Shown in pieces: positions 42,180 to 56,400 of a DNA stretch of 64,000 nt (position 1 is its first letter; the number at the start of each line of letters is the position of its first letter). Made by a program: the position numbers and the translations under genes. Source of the stretch: the human T2T-CHM13v2.0 reference genome, Homo sapiens; NCBI RefSeq assembly GCF_009914755.1, contig NC_060931.1; one strand, given 5' to 3'. The notes beneath the pieces are model-generated. The model was not told where the DNA came from, ran no database searches, and saw nothing but the letters and a program-made list of their open reading frames with translations.

Positions 42180-42840
42180 AAATGTAAATTAACTGGGAAA
42201 ATATTTGCTACAGATATAACAGAAAAATGTTTAATATCTTAATATACAAAGAATTCTTCACAATCAATAATAGGACATTAATACCCAAATAATAAACTAA
42301 GATCAAGTACAGGAAATTTGAACTTGCATAATTAGTAAGCAAACAATTTTTAAAAACCACATTCATTTCACACTAGTAATGAAAGAAATGCTAATTAAAT
42401 ATTAGCAGGATACTATACTTCATCTATCAAAATAGAGAATACATTTAAAAAGATAATACCCCATTGGGGAAGAATTGGTGAAAAAGACACTTTCATATAC
42501 TGCTTATGAAAGTATATACTTTCATAAGTATACTGCTTATGAAATTGTAAATTAGCATAATCTTTCTAGAAGGCAAATTGGCAGGAGATATAAATAATCT
42601 TAATGAAATTGTTGCCATTTGACCTTGCAATGTTATTTCTATGAATTTAGCCTAAAGGACAATTGGAAATGCACATAAAGATTTATGCAAAAGTTGTTCA
42701 TTTTAACATTATTAATGAAAGCCAATGTTATTTAACGTTATTAATAAAAGTGAAAAATAGAAAAATAACCTAAATAGCAACAATCAGAAGAAAGGTTAAA
42801 TAAAACTATAATAGTTACATGTGATTAATTATTATGCATT
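42180..42840 (+). mobile_element. L1ME-type ORF2 C-terminal fragment
   Basis: aactgggaaaatatttgc...aatatacaaagaattctt...tttctagaaggcaaattggca...ttaaataaaactata. Confidence 0.65.
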
Positions 42841-43405
42841 TGTAATGTAATGAATAAGATGGCTGAAAATAGTCCTAGAGAGTCATTCTGGGTTGTCTAG
42901 ACAGCTAACCAGCTGGTACCTGGGATTCCCATTCTCCTCCCAGAAGGAGAGGCTGCAGCCAAGCTCACATTCCCACAGGACTGGATGGTGGCTTCTTCCC
43001 CTGGCAGTCAGAACTGCAGTTTCCCATGGTCTCCAGGTCTCAAGGTGACTGACTGCGTCGTTCTCAGACAATGCCTGTGAATGGCTGGCATGCAGCTGGC
43101 ATGTTCATACCCAGAGGCTGCTTTCTCATCCTTTTTCTAGAAAATAGGAACTTCCATGAGGGTGTGCTCCATTGGAATGCACACTTCTCCTGGTACACTA
43201 GCCCCAGCAGGAGTCTTTGAGAAATGATGGGAGGGTTGGGTGCCCTGTTCTTTCTCTCCTCTTACTGATCCATAGCCTATATAAGTTTCCCTTCTCTTCA
43301 AAAAAAGCCTATTTCTTCCCTATACTCTGTGACTTTGTGGAATTTGTCCTGAATTGGTTAATGTTGGGGGCAGGGGAGGATACAAGAAGAACCTTATTTT
43401 GTGCA
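42841..43405 (+). mobile_element. LTR-like solo element, family not identified
   Basis: GC-richer ~560-bp block that starts TG and ends CA, contains TATA-like cctatataag, and interrupts L1ME-like AT-rich sequence. Confidence 0.45.
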
Positions 43406-44720
43406 ATAGTGGTTATCAAAAATCATAGTTTTTAGCATTTTAATGGTGTTAGAAAGCACTTACAACATTATGTAAAAAAAAGCATACAAAACTCTAAAAC
43501 TTTGTATTTGTTATAAAATTTTTTTTGAAAAAAGGTAAAAGTACATTTATCAATTTCCTACTTAATAATATTAAAGTCGTAAGATGAAATGGCATTAGAC
43601 CAAAAGGCTTTGAGTGGAGATTTTAATGGGGAACATTACATTTTGTCACCAGAATTTCAAAAGTCATAGCCATTTTCTAAATAAACTAAAATAAACACAA
43701 TATAACTAGATTTTCTGATTTTTCTTATTAAAAAATATAATTAGAATAATTAAAGTTTTTAAAGGTAAGCAACACAAAAATGTTCTGGATAGAAATACGA
43801 TTTTTTTTTATCCCCCTAGCTAATTGCATTCTACAGTACATTTTTTTTCTAGCTGTAAAAGGCAGCAAAAAATAAAATGCTCTGACTTTTTCTTACTAGC
43901 TCTATCTAACACTCACATACTTTCTAAAGCAATCAAGAGCCAAAATATTTTAGTTTTGGCAACTTGCACTTACTAGAGATTGAGTGGTGGGTTGAGGCTG
44001 GATGGAACAGAAAGTTTTCATGACAACATGAAAGAAGGCAACAAAGAAGGAAGTTTGGAAGAGATGAATGACTATGGCTCCTGAGTCATAGGTTTGTGAC
44101 CGCACTCCAATTCTAATTCTAAAGTGTCACCAGATATGTGTAGATGTGTAAATGTCTCACATGCCCAAATGGTTGAGTGGGAGGATTGTGGTTTGCTGGC
44201 TGGGGTAGGTGAAGAGCTTTTAGAATGGCACATTGTTAGCACCTCACAAAGAGTGACCCTTTTCCTATGTATAAGCATTAGTACTGCTTGGGTCTTGCTG
44301 CAAGAAGTCTTGCTAACCATCAGGGCTAACTCCACATTTTTCTCTGAGATATGACATTTTCCCTGGTGGGCAATATTAGATCCATTAAGGGTTTCATTTC
44401 TTTGTGATTTTATAAAATTATTTTTTAATTGTGGGAAGAGCAAAGGCATATATACTTTTAAGACATTATTAAAAATAAAAAAGTTATATAAATGTTTATT
44501 AAGGAAGAGAGTCCTACATGTACACCACACACTTTACATTAAATAAGTGATTAATGGCAGGGCTCCACATGGCTCAGCCTGCATAAGGAGTCATTTTAAA
44601 GGAAGAATGGCCTAGAACCTCAACTTATTAAAAAGGCAACACTAATAATTCCCTATATTCCTTAAAGGGTATATACAGTGGTCCCAACAGATAGCCAACG
44701 GCATTCCTTCTCATAAATTC

Positions 44721-45158
<438 letters not shown>

Positions 45159-45307
45159 TAAAGAGCCAGTTTCTCAATGCTTATCTCCTTCTGCCTCTTT
45201 GGCACACTTATGCAAAGGAAATATTGCCTGTATTAAATACACATAAACAAAAGAGTAAAGAGGAACAAATGATAATCTTTAGAGTAGTTAACTTCTCATG
45301 ATGAAAT

Positions 45308-47330
<2,023 letters not shown>

Positions 47331-49167
47331 TATTGCAATTAATTTTGGTTTTAATTTTTAAGCTTTCCTAAAGTTTTTAATTTTCTAGAACGAACATGTG
47401 TAATTGTAACTTTACTTTTTTTGTAATTTATTTCATTTACTTTAAAATTTAAAATAATTAATGTGTAACGATAACACAAAATGTAAAAGAAACAGTAAGA
47501 TATATAGTGAAAAGTAAATCACCTCACCCTCGCTCCAATGCCTTAATCTTCCATTATCTTCCCAGAAACAATCTGTGCTATCTTCCAGAGGTAGTTTCTG
47601 CATAGTCAAAGATAGAGTCGCATAGCCTTAAGTGTTTTAGACGCAGGAGAATATATATTACAGCACTCATTGAACTCTATTTTTTTTTTTCATTTAAATG
47701 ATCTTGGGGGTTGTTTCTTATGGTATATTGATTCATCAGTACCACTTTTTTTATTACTATTGTTTTATAGTAGGTTTTTTTTATCTGGAGGACTATCTCC
47801 TCTTATTACTCCCCCCACTTTCAGAATTTATTAGAACCTATTTTTCATATTACTTTTCCATACAAATTTTAGAAAATGCTTATCTTATTTTAAAAAGTTG
47901 AGCACATTCTTAAAGAAAAATCATTACATTTATTGATTTGAGAATTCACATATCTATGAGTCATTTTGTCCAAGATTTTAAAATGCTCTTGCCTTCATTT
48001 AAGTCTTCTTTTGTGTTCTTCAGTAGCATTTTAAAGATTACTCATAGTTATATAAAACTTATGCGTACTTTCTCCCTTTTATTTTGATTCAGTTACTTCA
48101 TGATGTTTGTATTCTATTTTTGAAGTAAATAGCTCTTTATTTTTGTCAATTGAAAACATTTTATTAAATTCATTATTTTCACTCTATTTTTATCTTTCCC
48201 TTATAATTTCCTTAGTAGTTAATCTCTTCAAGTTAATGAGTTGGATACTTAATTATATACTGATTTTTTCTTATTAATGTAAGTGTTTATATTTATGGTT
48301 ATGTTTGTGCACTTTAGGCATATCCTAATTTTTGATGTTTAGTACTTTATTGTTACTATTTTCTCTATTGTAGAATTTCAGTTTGCTTTTCCTTTTGTAC
48401 AAAAATTATTGAAAAGATTAGTAAAATTTCACAATCTCATAGGGCTCTTTATGCTTTTAATATTAATTTCTAGCATTACCATACTAGAAAAGAGAATCCC
48501 GTTTGTGCTATTTCTTTTTGAAATTTGCGGAAGCTTTTTTAGCTGCTTAATATGTGATCACTTTTTGTGAATGATCCATGGAAACTTGAAAAGAAGGTTT
48601 TGTTTCTGTTTTCTTGGTGTAGACTTAGACATAAAGCCATCAGATCTGTTTTATGTTATTAATTTTTACTAAGTTTTTCATCTATTTAATTTATTGTTAA
48701 ATTGGAAAAGCAAATTACAGAATTTTACTACAAACATACTTTACCCTTCTTTTCACTTTAACTTTATGAGTCACTTAATTTTAAGTGTTTCTCTTGATTT
48801 TAGCATATAATTATGTTTTGCTTTATAGTCAAATCTGATAAACTTTTTCTTTTAGTAGATGACTATTTAAATTTATTGATTTAACATACATTTGACTTTA
48901 TTTCTGATATATTTTGGTCAAACTTTATATTTTAATAGGTCTTTTGTTTTTTATCTTTTGATATATGACCTAGTTTGCTTGACTTTTTAAAATGCATTTA
49001 TATTGTGACAATTTGAAAAGCTTATTACATGTACATAGTTAATGTTTACCATTGTAACTAACTCATGTAATACCTAAAACCTTACTTCACCATTAACTAC
49101 AGAAATGTGTTAGTTATATTATTGTTTCTATATCAGTGTAGTTTAAAACATAAATGTAATTGGTTAA

Positions 49168-49739
<572 letters not shown>

Positions 49740-49773
49740 TAATGCATATACCGGATCTCCTTCCATATTTATG

Positions 49774-49863
49774 ATGTTATTTCTTCTCTTTTTTAACTCA
49801 ATTTTTCTTGAAGTATAGCTATACTTCAAGAAAAATTGAGTTAAAAAAGAGAAGAAATAACAT
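49774..49863. repeat. Perfect 90-bp spacerless palindrome
   Basis: 45/45 base pairs checked by hand, centred on 49818/49819 (aagtatag|ctatactt). Confidence 0.95.
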
Positions 49864-51395
49864 ATATAAAAGTAAACAAATTATAAATGCATATTCAATG
49901 AGTAATGAGAGTGGACATATCTGTTTAACTACTATCTTTTGTATTCTTCAAAAAATAAAACATTACTCAACATTCCAAATCCTCCTACTTTTCCAAAAGT
50001 AATGGCCATCGTAACTTAAACTCTTCGCTCTTTTGAATTTCATTTTGCTTTCTTATCTCAACTCTGTTTGCCATATTCCTTAGTTTGTATTCAGCAGTTT
50101 CTTTTATTTTTCCTTTTAGGTGTAATGATTTTATTGTCCTTGTTCACTTCACAAGTTTATTTTTTCTTATTTCTTTCTCAAATGTTTCATATCTCTTATT
50201 GAGTTTTTGTTTTATAGAAAGGATATTTTCATGGGTTTCTTTGAGTTTTTTGAAATATGTTTTATCATAACTTTAATCTGCATTGAGACATTTGCAATAG
50301 TGTAATCCTCATCTGCATTCTTGTTTTTTCCTTTGTTTTTGTGTGTTTTGCATATGTTAGATATTGGTTTCTATTGATTTGTTTTTCATACTGAATACTG
50401 TGAGTTCTACCTGGATGAACTATTTATAGGAGATTTGTGTGTGAGAGGAGCAAGTTTAGTGCTCTGAGCTGGCATATGTTTTATCTAGCTCATAAACTGG
50501 ATTTCATGTTATAGATTTCGTGACTCTCTGCATAGATGAGCTTGTTTAGTCTTTTTATTAAATGAAAAAAGATGAGATATATAGAGATATTTACCAGGGA
50601 GGCTTCTATAAGTAGTCCATATACTCCAATTTTGTTGCCTTTGTCATCCTAAGTATTTATTTCATAGGATACTGCACTCAATTCTGTGAGCTTTTGCTGA
50701 GATACATGTGGTGTCTCAATATCTAAACTTACCTTGGTTGGATTTTTATTGTGATTTTTAACCTTTCCTTAAATATAGATAGATGGATAGCTAGATAGCT
50801 AGATAGATTAATTTTAAAGTTTTAAAATTTTTAATTTAATCCCAATTTTTATCAAATATGAAGGTTCAATTTCAGCTTCTTATTCTCTCTGATGTTTTGG
50901 CATATCTTAATAGAGAGAAAAGAAGTAGTAATTTTTACCCTGTCTTCCTAAAAACAGAAATTTGAAATTGTTTTTTATTTCATACAAGAAAATAAACATA
51001 AAACTAACTGTAATTGTATTATTCTTTTGATCATTATTTACCTGTATAGACTTTTGTTGTGGGGGAGGGTAGTTGATATTTGATTTCTTTGTCTCCTTCT
51101 CGTATTATCTGCTGCTTGGGAAGACAGGAAACAGATTGGTAGAGAATGCTGAGTGACTGTTTTTTCATTATAAAGAGACTTAAATGACAGCTGATTATAT
51201 CCATAAGGAAGACCTCTTCCATGGGATAGCTATACCAGAGTTAGAACACATTTTAAGTGATTAAGAAAGAAAGAGGAGGGGATTATAATGGTTCCATTTC
51301 CCCCATTCCTTCAACAACCCTAACCCATCTCTCTTCTCACTTTTCCTTTCATCAGATTTTGGTTTGAGAAAGAGCAAAGATTCATCCTTTAGGAA

Positions 51396-51610
51396 AGGGG
51401 CTGGAAAACTATGGCACCAGATCTAGCTGGTTGCTTGTTTTAATAAATAAAGTTTTACTAGAATAGAATCAGTTTTGTTAGCTTATGTATTGTCTATGGC
51501 TGCTTTGTGTTATAGCAGTAGATTTCAGTAGTTGTGAGTGAGGCTGTATGGCCCCAAAAGGCTGAAATACTTACTATTTGGCCTTTTCCAGAAAAAGTTT
51601 GGTGGCCTGT
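51396..51610 (+). mobile_element. MER58A (hAT-Charlie MITE)
   Basis: aggggctggaaaactatggc...taaataaagttttactagaa...tattgtctatggctgcttt...cagaaaaagtttg. Confidence 0.85.
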
Positions 51611-52479
51611 CCTTTTGGCACTTATTTTCCAACTTTATCTAAATCACTCTGTATCCTTTCTAAAAGTTTAGCCTTCTGGAATTTTTTTTTTGAAACCCAG
51701 GAAATATTTTTTTGAAATACTAATCTCGGTAAGCACATGGAGGCCTAGCATTTCACATTTTAAACACTTCATGTAATCAGATAATCTTGAACAAAACATT
51801 GATTAACACTGCCAAATAGTCAAGAATGAAAGCTTAAGAGGTAGTTTGTAGGAAAGTTCGAAGAGCTCTATGTAGTATTTTCATCCCTTTTTCCTAAATT
51901 AAAACCACAACAGTACCTTTTTGTCTTTCCTACAAAAGGCAAAGTTCTCCTCATTAGACCCTCTCCCTTTCATCTAAAACAAATATATTTCCATTGAAGT
52001 ATAGCCCTGTAAATGTCACAAAGAGGCTCTCAAACTAGATTCAGTTTGAGACATACTCTCAAGAGGTTTGGAACAATGATTTCACTATTTGTCAGTCATG
52101 TGTTCATGAATAAATTTTGATTTGTTCCTGCTTACATAATTTAACATGCACTAGAATAATTTGTTTTTAAGGCTTATCTCTTGTCCTTGAATAATTTTCT
52201 TTAGAAAATTGTTCTAGAAAAAATAAATAGAAAAATTGTTTAGTTTGCTATCAGCTTTTCACTAAAATTTACTTACCATAAGGTGAATTCAATATTGAGT
52301 TTCTTCTGCTCACACCTCCAGAAAGGAAATTACAGTTTAACAAGCACACAAGCAGTTCCTAGTATTTAATATTTTAGTGTTAAGCACCAGTATTATCATG
52401 CCTTGATCATCAGAAATGATTAGCTACTAATAAGAAAATGCTGTTCAGGACAAGAAATTGTGAAGAGACTGTGTTCTAA

Positions 52480-52655
52480 GAATTTTTCTCAAAAGATTTT
52501 GATTAAAGGAATACCTTGGGCTTTGCTTAAGAATGCACATTCTGAGGCAATTCTCCCAGAGTCTGATTTGTTAATCTGGAATGGATTCCAAGAATCTGTA
52601 TTTTTAATAAAAAGTCAGATGACTCTTATGATAAGGAAAGTTTAGAAAACACTAT
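52480..52655. mobile_element. MER5-family MITE
   Basis: gcttaagaatgcacattctgagg...ccaagaatctgtatttttaataaa...agtttagaaaacact. Confidence 0.6.
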
Positions 52656-53964
52656 TAGAAGTTTAGATGTTACTAGTCAATGGTAATCATTGCAGGCTTT
52701 TTTCTCTGACCTTTGAGAATTACAGAAAAACAAGGTGGGCTGTGTTCGTCACGCATCTTGTTGTAGATGCTCCTTATTTCTCCTTCATGTAGCTTTTTGC
52801 CTCTGGCAAGAGCATACAGATGTTTGATTTGAATCTGTGCCATCACCTCAGTACTTGGGTTGTTTGGTGTTTGCAACATTTGGCTCAGATGCACTGAGTT
52901 CTTAGAGGGGGCCTAGCTCTGTTTTATACCATCCATCTTTTAACCTTCCCCTTGCAAAAAAGGTTAAATCTAACCTCCCCCATTCTGCCTATTTTATATG
53001 TCCTCATCCTTGTGATTACTATATTTATATGCAATGTCTATATAAAGAATTTGATGTATAATAAACTTCTCTCTATAGGTACATATATAGACCAAAAAAA
53101 CCTGGTTGGTGGGTGTTTGGAATAGGTGAAATATTTTCAAACTGAGGAGGAAGAAGATTCCATATGGTGTTTTTAACCAGAATCAGGAAAGGAGTGTATA
53201 GTTTGAAAACATTCTCAATATTATAATTTTTTATTTGTAAAATGAAACAATTATTTCTATGCTTTTCATGATTTCAGCTGAAGGTAAAGTAAAACAAATA
53301 TTTTTTTGATTAGTGCAGATATGCAGAAGATATTTTTAACTAGAAGCGGTCTTCTCCTGAAGGGAAGATGAAGAGTAAAATTTAATTTTAACAAAAGAGG
53401 ATATGATTTGAATATTTTAACACTAAAATAGATGTCTTCTAATATTTCTTCCAACATTAAGATTCTGTGAGCTTTCAAACATTTAAAATATCTTGTTTTA
53501 AAATATGTTATTGTAATTATTTTCCTTCCTCCTACATGATGGTTGTGTATACCAAATTAAGGAGAAAAACATCTCTGGCATTCTGCTTGCTCTTAGAATG
53601 TAGAAAGCTAAAAAGAATTTGCTCTCATCTCTAAATAAGAGAGAGATGAATAAATGACAAAAAGTGTAACTTTTCTGGAACTCATCAGGTACCTGAGGAC
53701 ACAGGGCACTGAGCAGTCTGAAATCCATGGAGGACCAACCTCCTTCAAGAGAGGAAGAGATGAGTAGAGCTCATCACCTATGGCAGAGCAGGAGGGGAAG
53801 AAGTATCAGCCACCATACATACACCCTGACAGAGAAACGGCTTGCTGATCTCTGGCCACAAATGTCATTTATTTTAGCCTCTACTAGTCTACACAAGATG
53901 TTTGGCATTGAACCAAAAATTGTGTGACACAGAAGTAAGAAAAATAATCTTACTCTCAAGAGAT

Positions 53965-55356
53965 TAAAAAAAAGTCCACGTTTGAAATATTAGGGAATTT
54001 AATTTTTTTATAAAATAAGCTTTACATTTTAGAATAGTTTTGGATTTAAAGTAGAGTTGCAAAGATAATACAAAGAGTACTAACATCTGGTTCTCTTACT
54101 GTTAATTAGGATATATATATGTGTACTATATATGTATGTGTTTATATGCACTATATGTGTGTGTGTATATATATATATAAAGAGAGAGAGAGTATATATA
54201 GAGACAAAAAATTTAAAAATGTCCATGTTTGAAACATTAGGGAATTTAATTTTTTTATGAAATAAGCTTTACATTTTAGAATAGTTCTGGATTTTTTTCT
54301 TTTTTTATTATTATTATACTGTAAGTTTTAGGGTACATGTGCACAATGTGCAGGTTAGTTACATATGTATACATGTGCCATGTTGGTGTGCTGCACCCAT
54401 TGACTCGTCATTTAGCATTAGGTATATCTCCTAATGCTATCCCTCCCCCCTCCCCTCACCCCACAACAGTCCCCAGAGTGTGATGTTCCCCTTCCTGTGT
54501 CCATGTGTTCTCATTGTTCAATTCCCACCTATGAGCGAGAACATGTGGTGTTTGGTTTTTTGTCCTTGCGATAGTTTACTGAGAATGATGATTTCCAGTT
54601 TCATCCATGTCCCTACAAAGGACATGAACTCATCATTTTTTATGGCTGCATAGTATTCCATGGTGTATATGTGCCACATTTTCTTAATCCAGTCCATCAT
54701 TGTTGGACATTTGGGTTGGTTCCAAGTCTTTGCTATTGTGAATAGTGCCGCAATAAGCATACGTGTGCATGTGTCTTTATAGCAGCATGATTTATAGTCC
54801 TTTGGGTATATACCCAGAAATGGGATGGCTGGGTCAAATGGTATTTCTAGTTCTAGATCCCTGAGGAATCTCCACACTGACTTCCACAATGGTTGAACCA
54901 GTTTACAGTCCCACCAACAGTGTAAAAGTGTTCCTATTTCTCCACATCCTCTCCAGCACCTGTTGTTTCCTGACTTTTTAATGATTGCCATTCTAACTGG
55001 TGTGAGATGGTATCTCATTGTGGTTTTGATTTGCATTTCTCTGATGGCCAGTGATGATGAGCATTTTTTCATGTGTCTTTTGGCTCCATAAACGTCTTCT
55101 TTTGAGAAGTGTCTGTTCATATCCTTTGCCCACTTTTTGATGGGGTTGTTTGTTTTTTTCCTGTGAATTTGTTTGAGTTCATTGTAGATTCTGGATTTAA
55201 AGTAGAGTTGCAAAGATAATACAAAGAGCACTAACACCTGGTTCTCTTACTGTTAAATAGGATACATATATATGTACTATATGTGTGTGTGTATATATAT
55301 GTACTATATATGTGTGTGTGTATATATATATATATAGAGAGAGAGAGTATATATAG
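53965..55356. repeat. ~245-bp tandem duplication whose second copy is interrupted by L1PA3
   Basis: Copy 1 at ~53965-54202. Copy 2 at ~54213-54294 plus 55189-55356, including the same TA/TG/AG microsatellite mosaic. Confidence 0.9.
54295..55188 (-). mobile_element. L1PA3-like 5'-truncated LINE-1 (~0.9 kb)
   Basis: 3' UTR diagnostics (gttagttac, ccatgttggtg, tttagcattagg). Uninterrupted ORF2 C-terminus (ORF 54518..55237). TSD ttctggattt at 54285-54294 and 55189-55198. Confidence 0.95.
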
Positions 55357-55910
55357 TACATTTGTCACAATGAAGGCTCCAACATTGGTATATTACTATT
55401 ATCTAATCTATAAAATTTATTCATATTTTACTAGTGTTTCCTCAATATCCTTTTTCTCTTCCAGGAAGCTTCCCAAGTTATCACATTGCATTAGGTCAGT
55501 ATGCTTCCTTTAGCCTCCTCTGGTTTGTGACAGGTTTTTAGGCTTTCCAATAAACTGGACAGTTTTGAAGAGTACTGGTCGGATATTTTGTAGAATGTCC
55601 TTCGATGTGGGTTTGTCTGATGTTTTTTTTTCATGGTTAGTCTGGGTTTTTAGGGAGAAGACAACAGAAGCAAAGTGTCATCCTCATTACATTGTACCAA
55701 TGGTACATTCCATCAGCATGTCATATTACTGATAAGGTTAACTTTGATCACCTGGCCTAGGTAATATTTGCCAAGGCTCTCCACTGTAGTTTTCTTCTCC
55801 CTTTTTATATTCTGCACTTCAGAATAGAGTTGCTAAGTACAGCCACAGTGAAGGTGTGGTGAGTTAAGCTCCCCTTCCTTGACAGGGGAGTACCTACATA
55901 ATTTTTTTTT
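55353..55910 (-). mobile_element. L1MC-type 3' UTR (its extreme 3' end lies in the duplicated unit)
   Basis: tagtacatttgtcacaa...acagttttgaagagtactggtcggatattttgtagaatgtcc...ggttaactttgatcacctggc. Confidence 0.75.
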
Positions 55911-55944
55911 CTTGCTATTTTCTATTTGTTTTCTACTAAACAAT

Positions 55945-56400
55945 GTTGAGATTAGCTAGTTTCTTAATTTATGTTCTTTGGAAACAAACCCAAGCAGATT
56001 CCTATTTAAGGTATGTATGGAGGGAATGTTATCAGGAGAAAATGAATGAGGTAAGCTGGGTAAAACAAGGGGAAAAAAGCTACGCAAGGATGTGGCCTCA
56101 GCTGGAGACCAGTTTTGAACTGAGCCCAGGGGGTATTCTGAGCATGAATTGCACCATAGATTTAGTCTGGTTCAAGGGGGCTGGCCTATTATACCTCCAT
56201 ATCATCCAACCATTAGCTAGCTGCAGGGTGCAGTATTGTGGGCTGGGAATAATCTCCCAAGTGAGCCTGTTCTTGTTAACAGTTCTCTCAAAAGAAGGGG
56301 TGCCTGGGAGCTGTTAGGAGTCAGCACTGACAACAGCTGGAAAATAAGTGCGTTGACTTGGTAAAGTGGGTTAGGGAGAGAAGTGAAGACCATATTCTAC
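55945..56400 (-). mobile_element. LTR16-family ERVL solo LTR
   Basis: gcaaggatgtggcctcagctggagaccag...ctgagcatgaattgcaccatag...gagctgttaggagtcagcact. Confidence 0.6.

Noticed and set aside
54518-55237. 239-aa ORF as a functional gene
   Set aside because: It is the L1 ORF2 C-terminus of a young 5'-truncated copy plus ~14 flank codons, with a GTG start and no promoter evidence.
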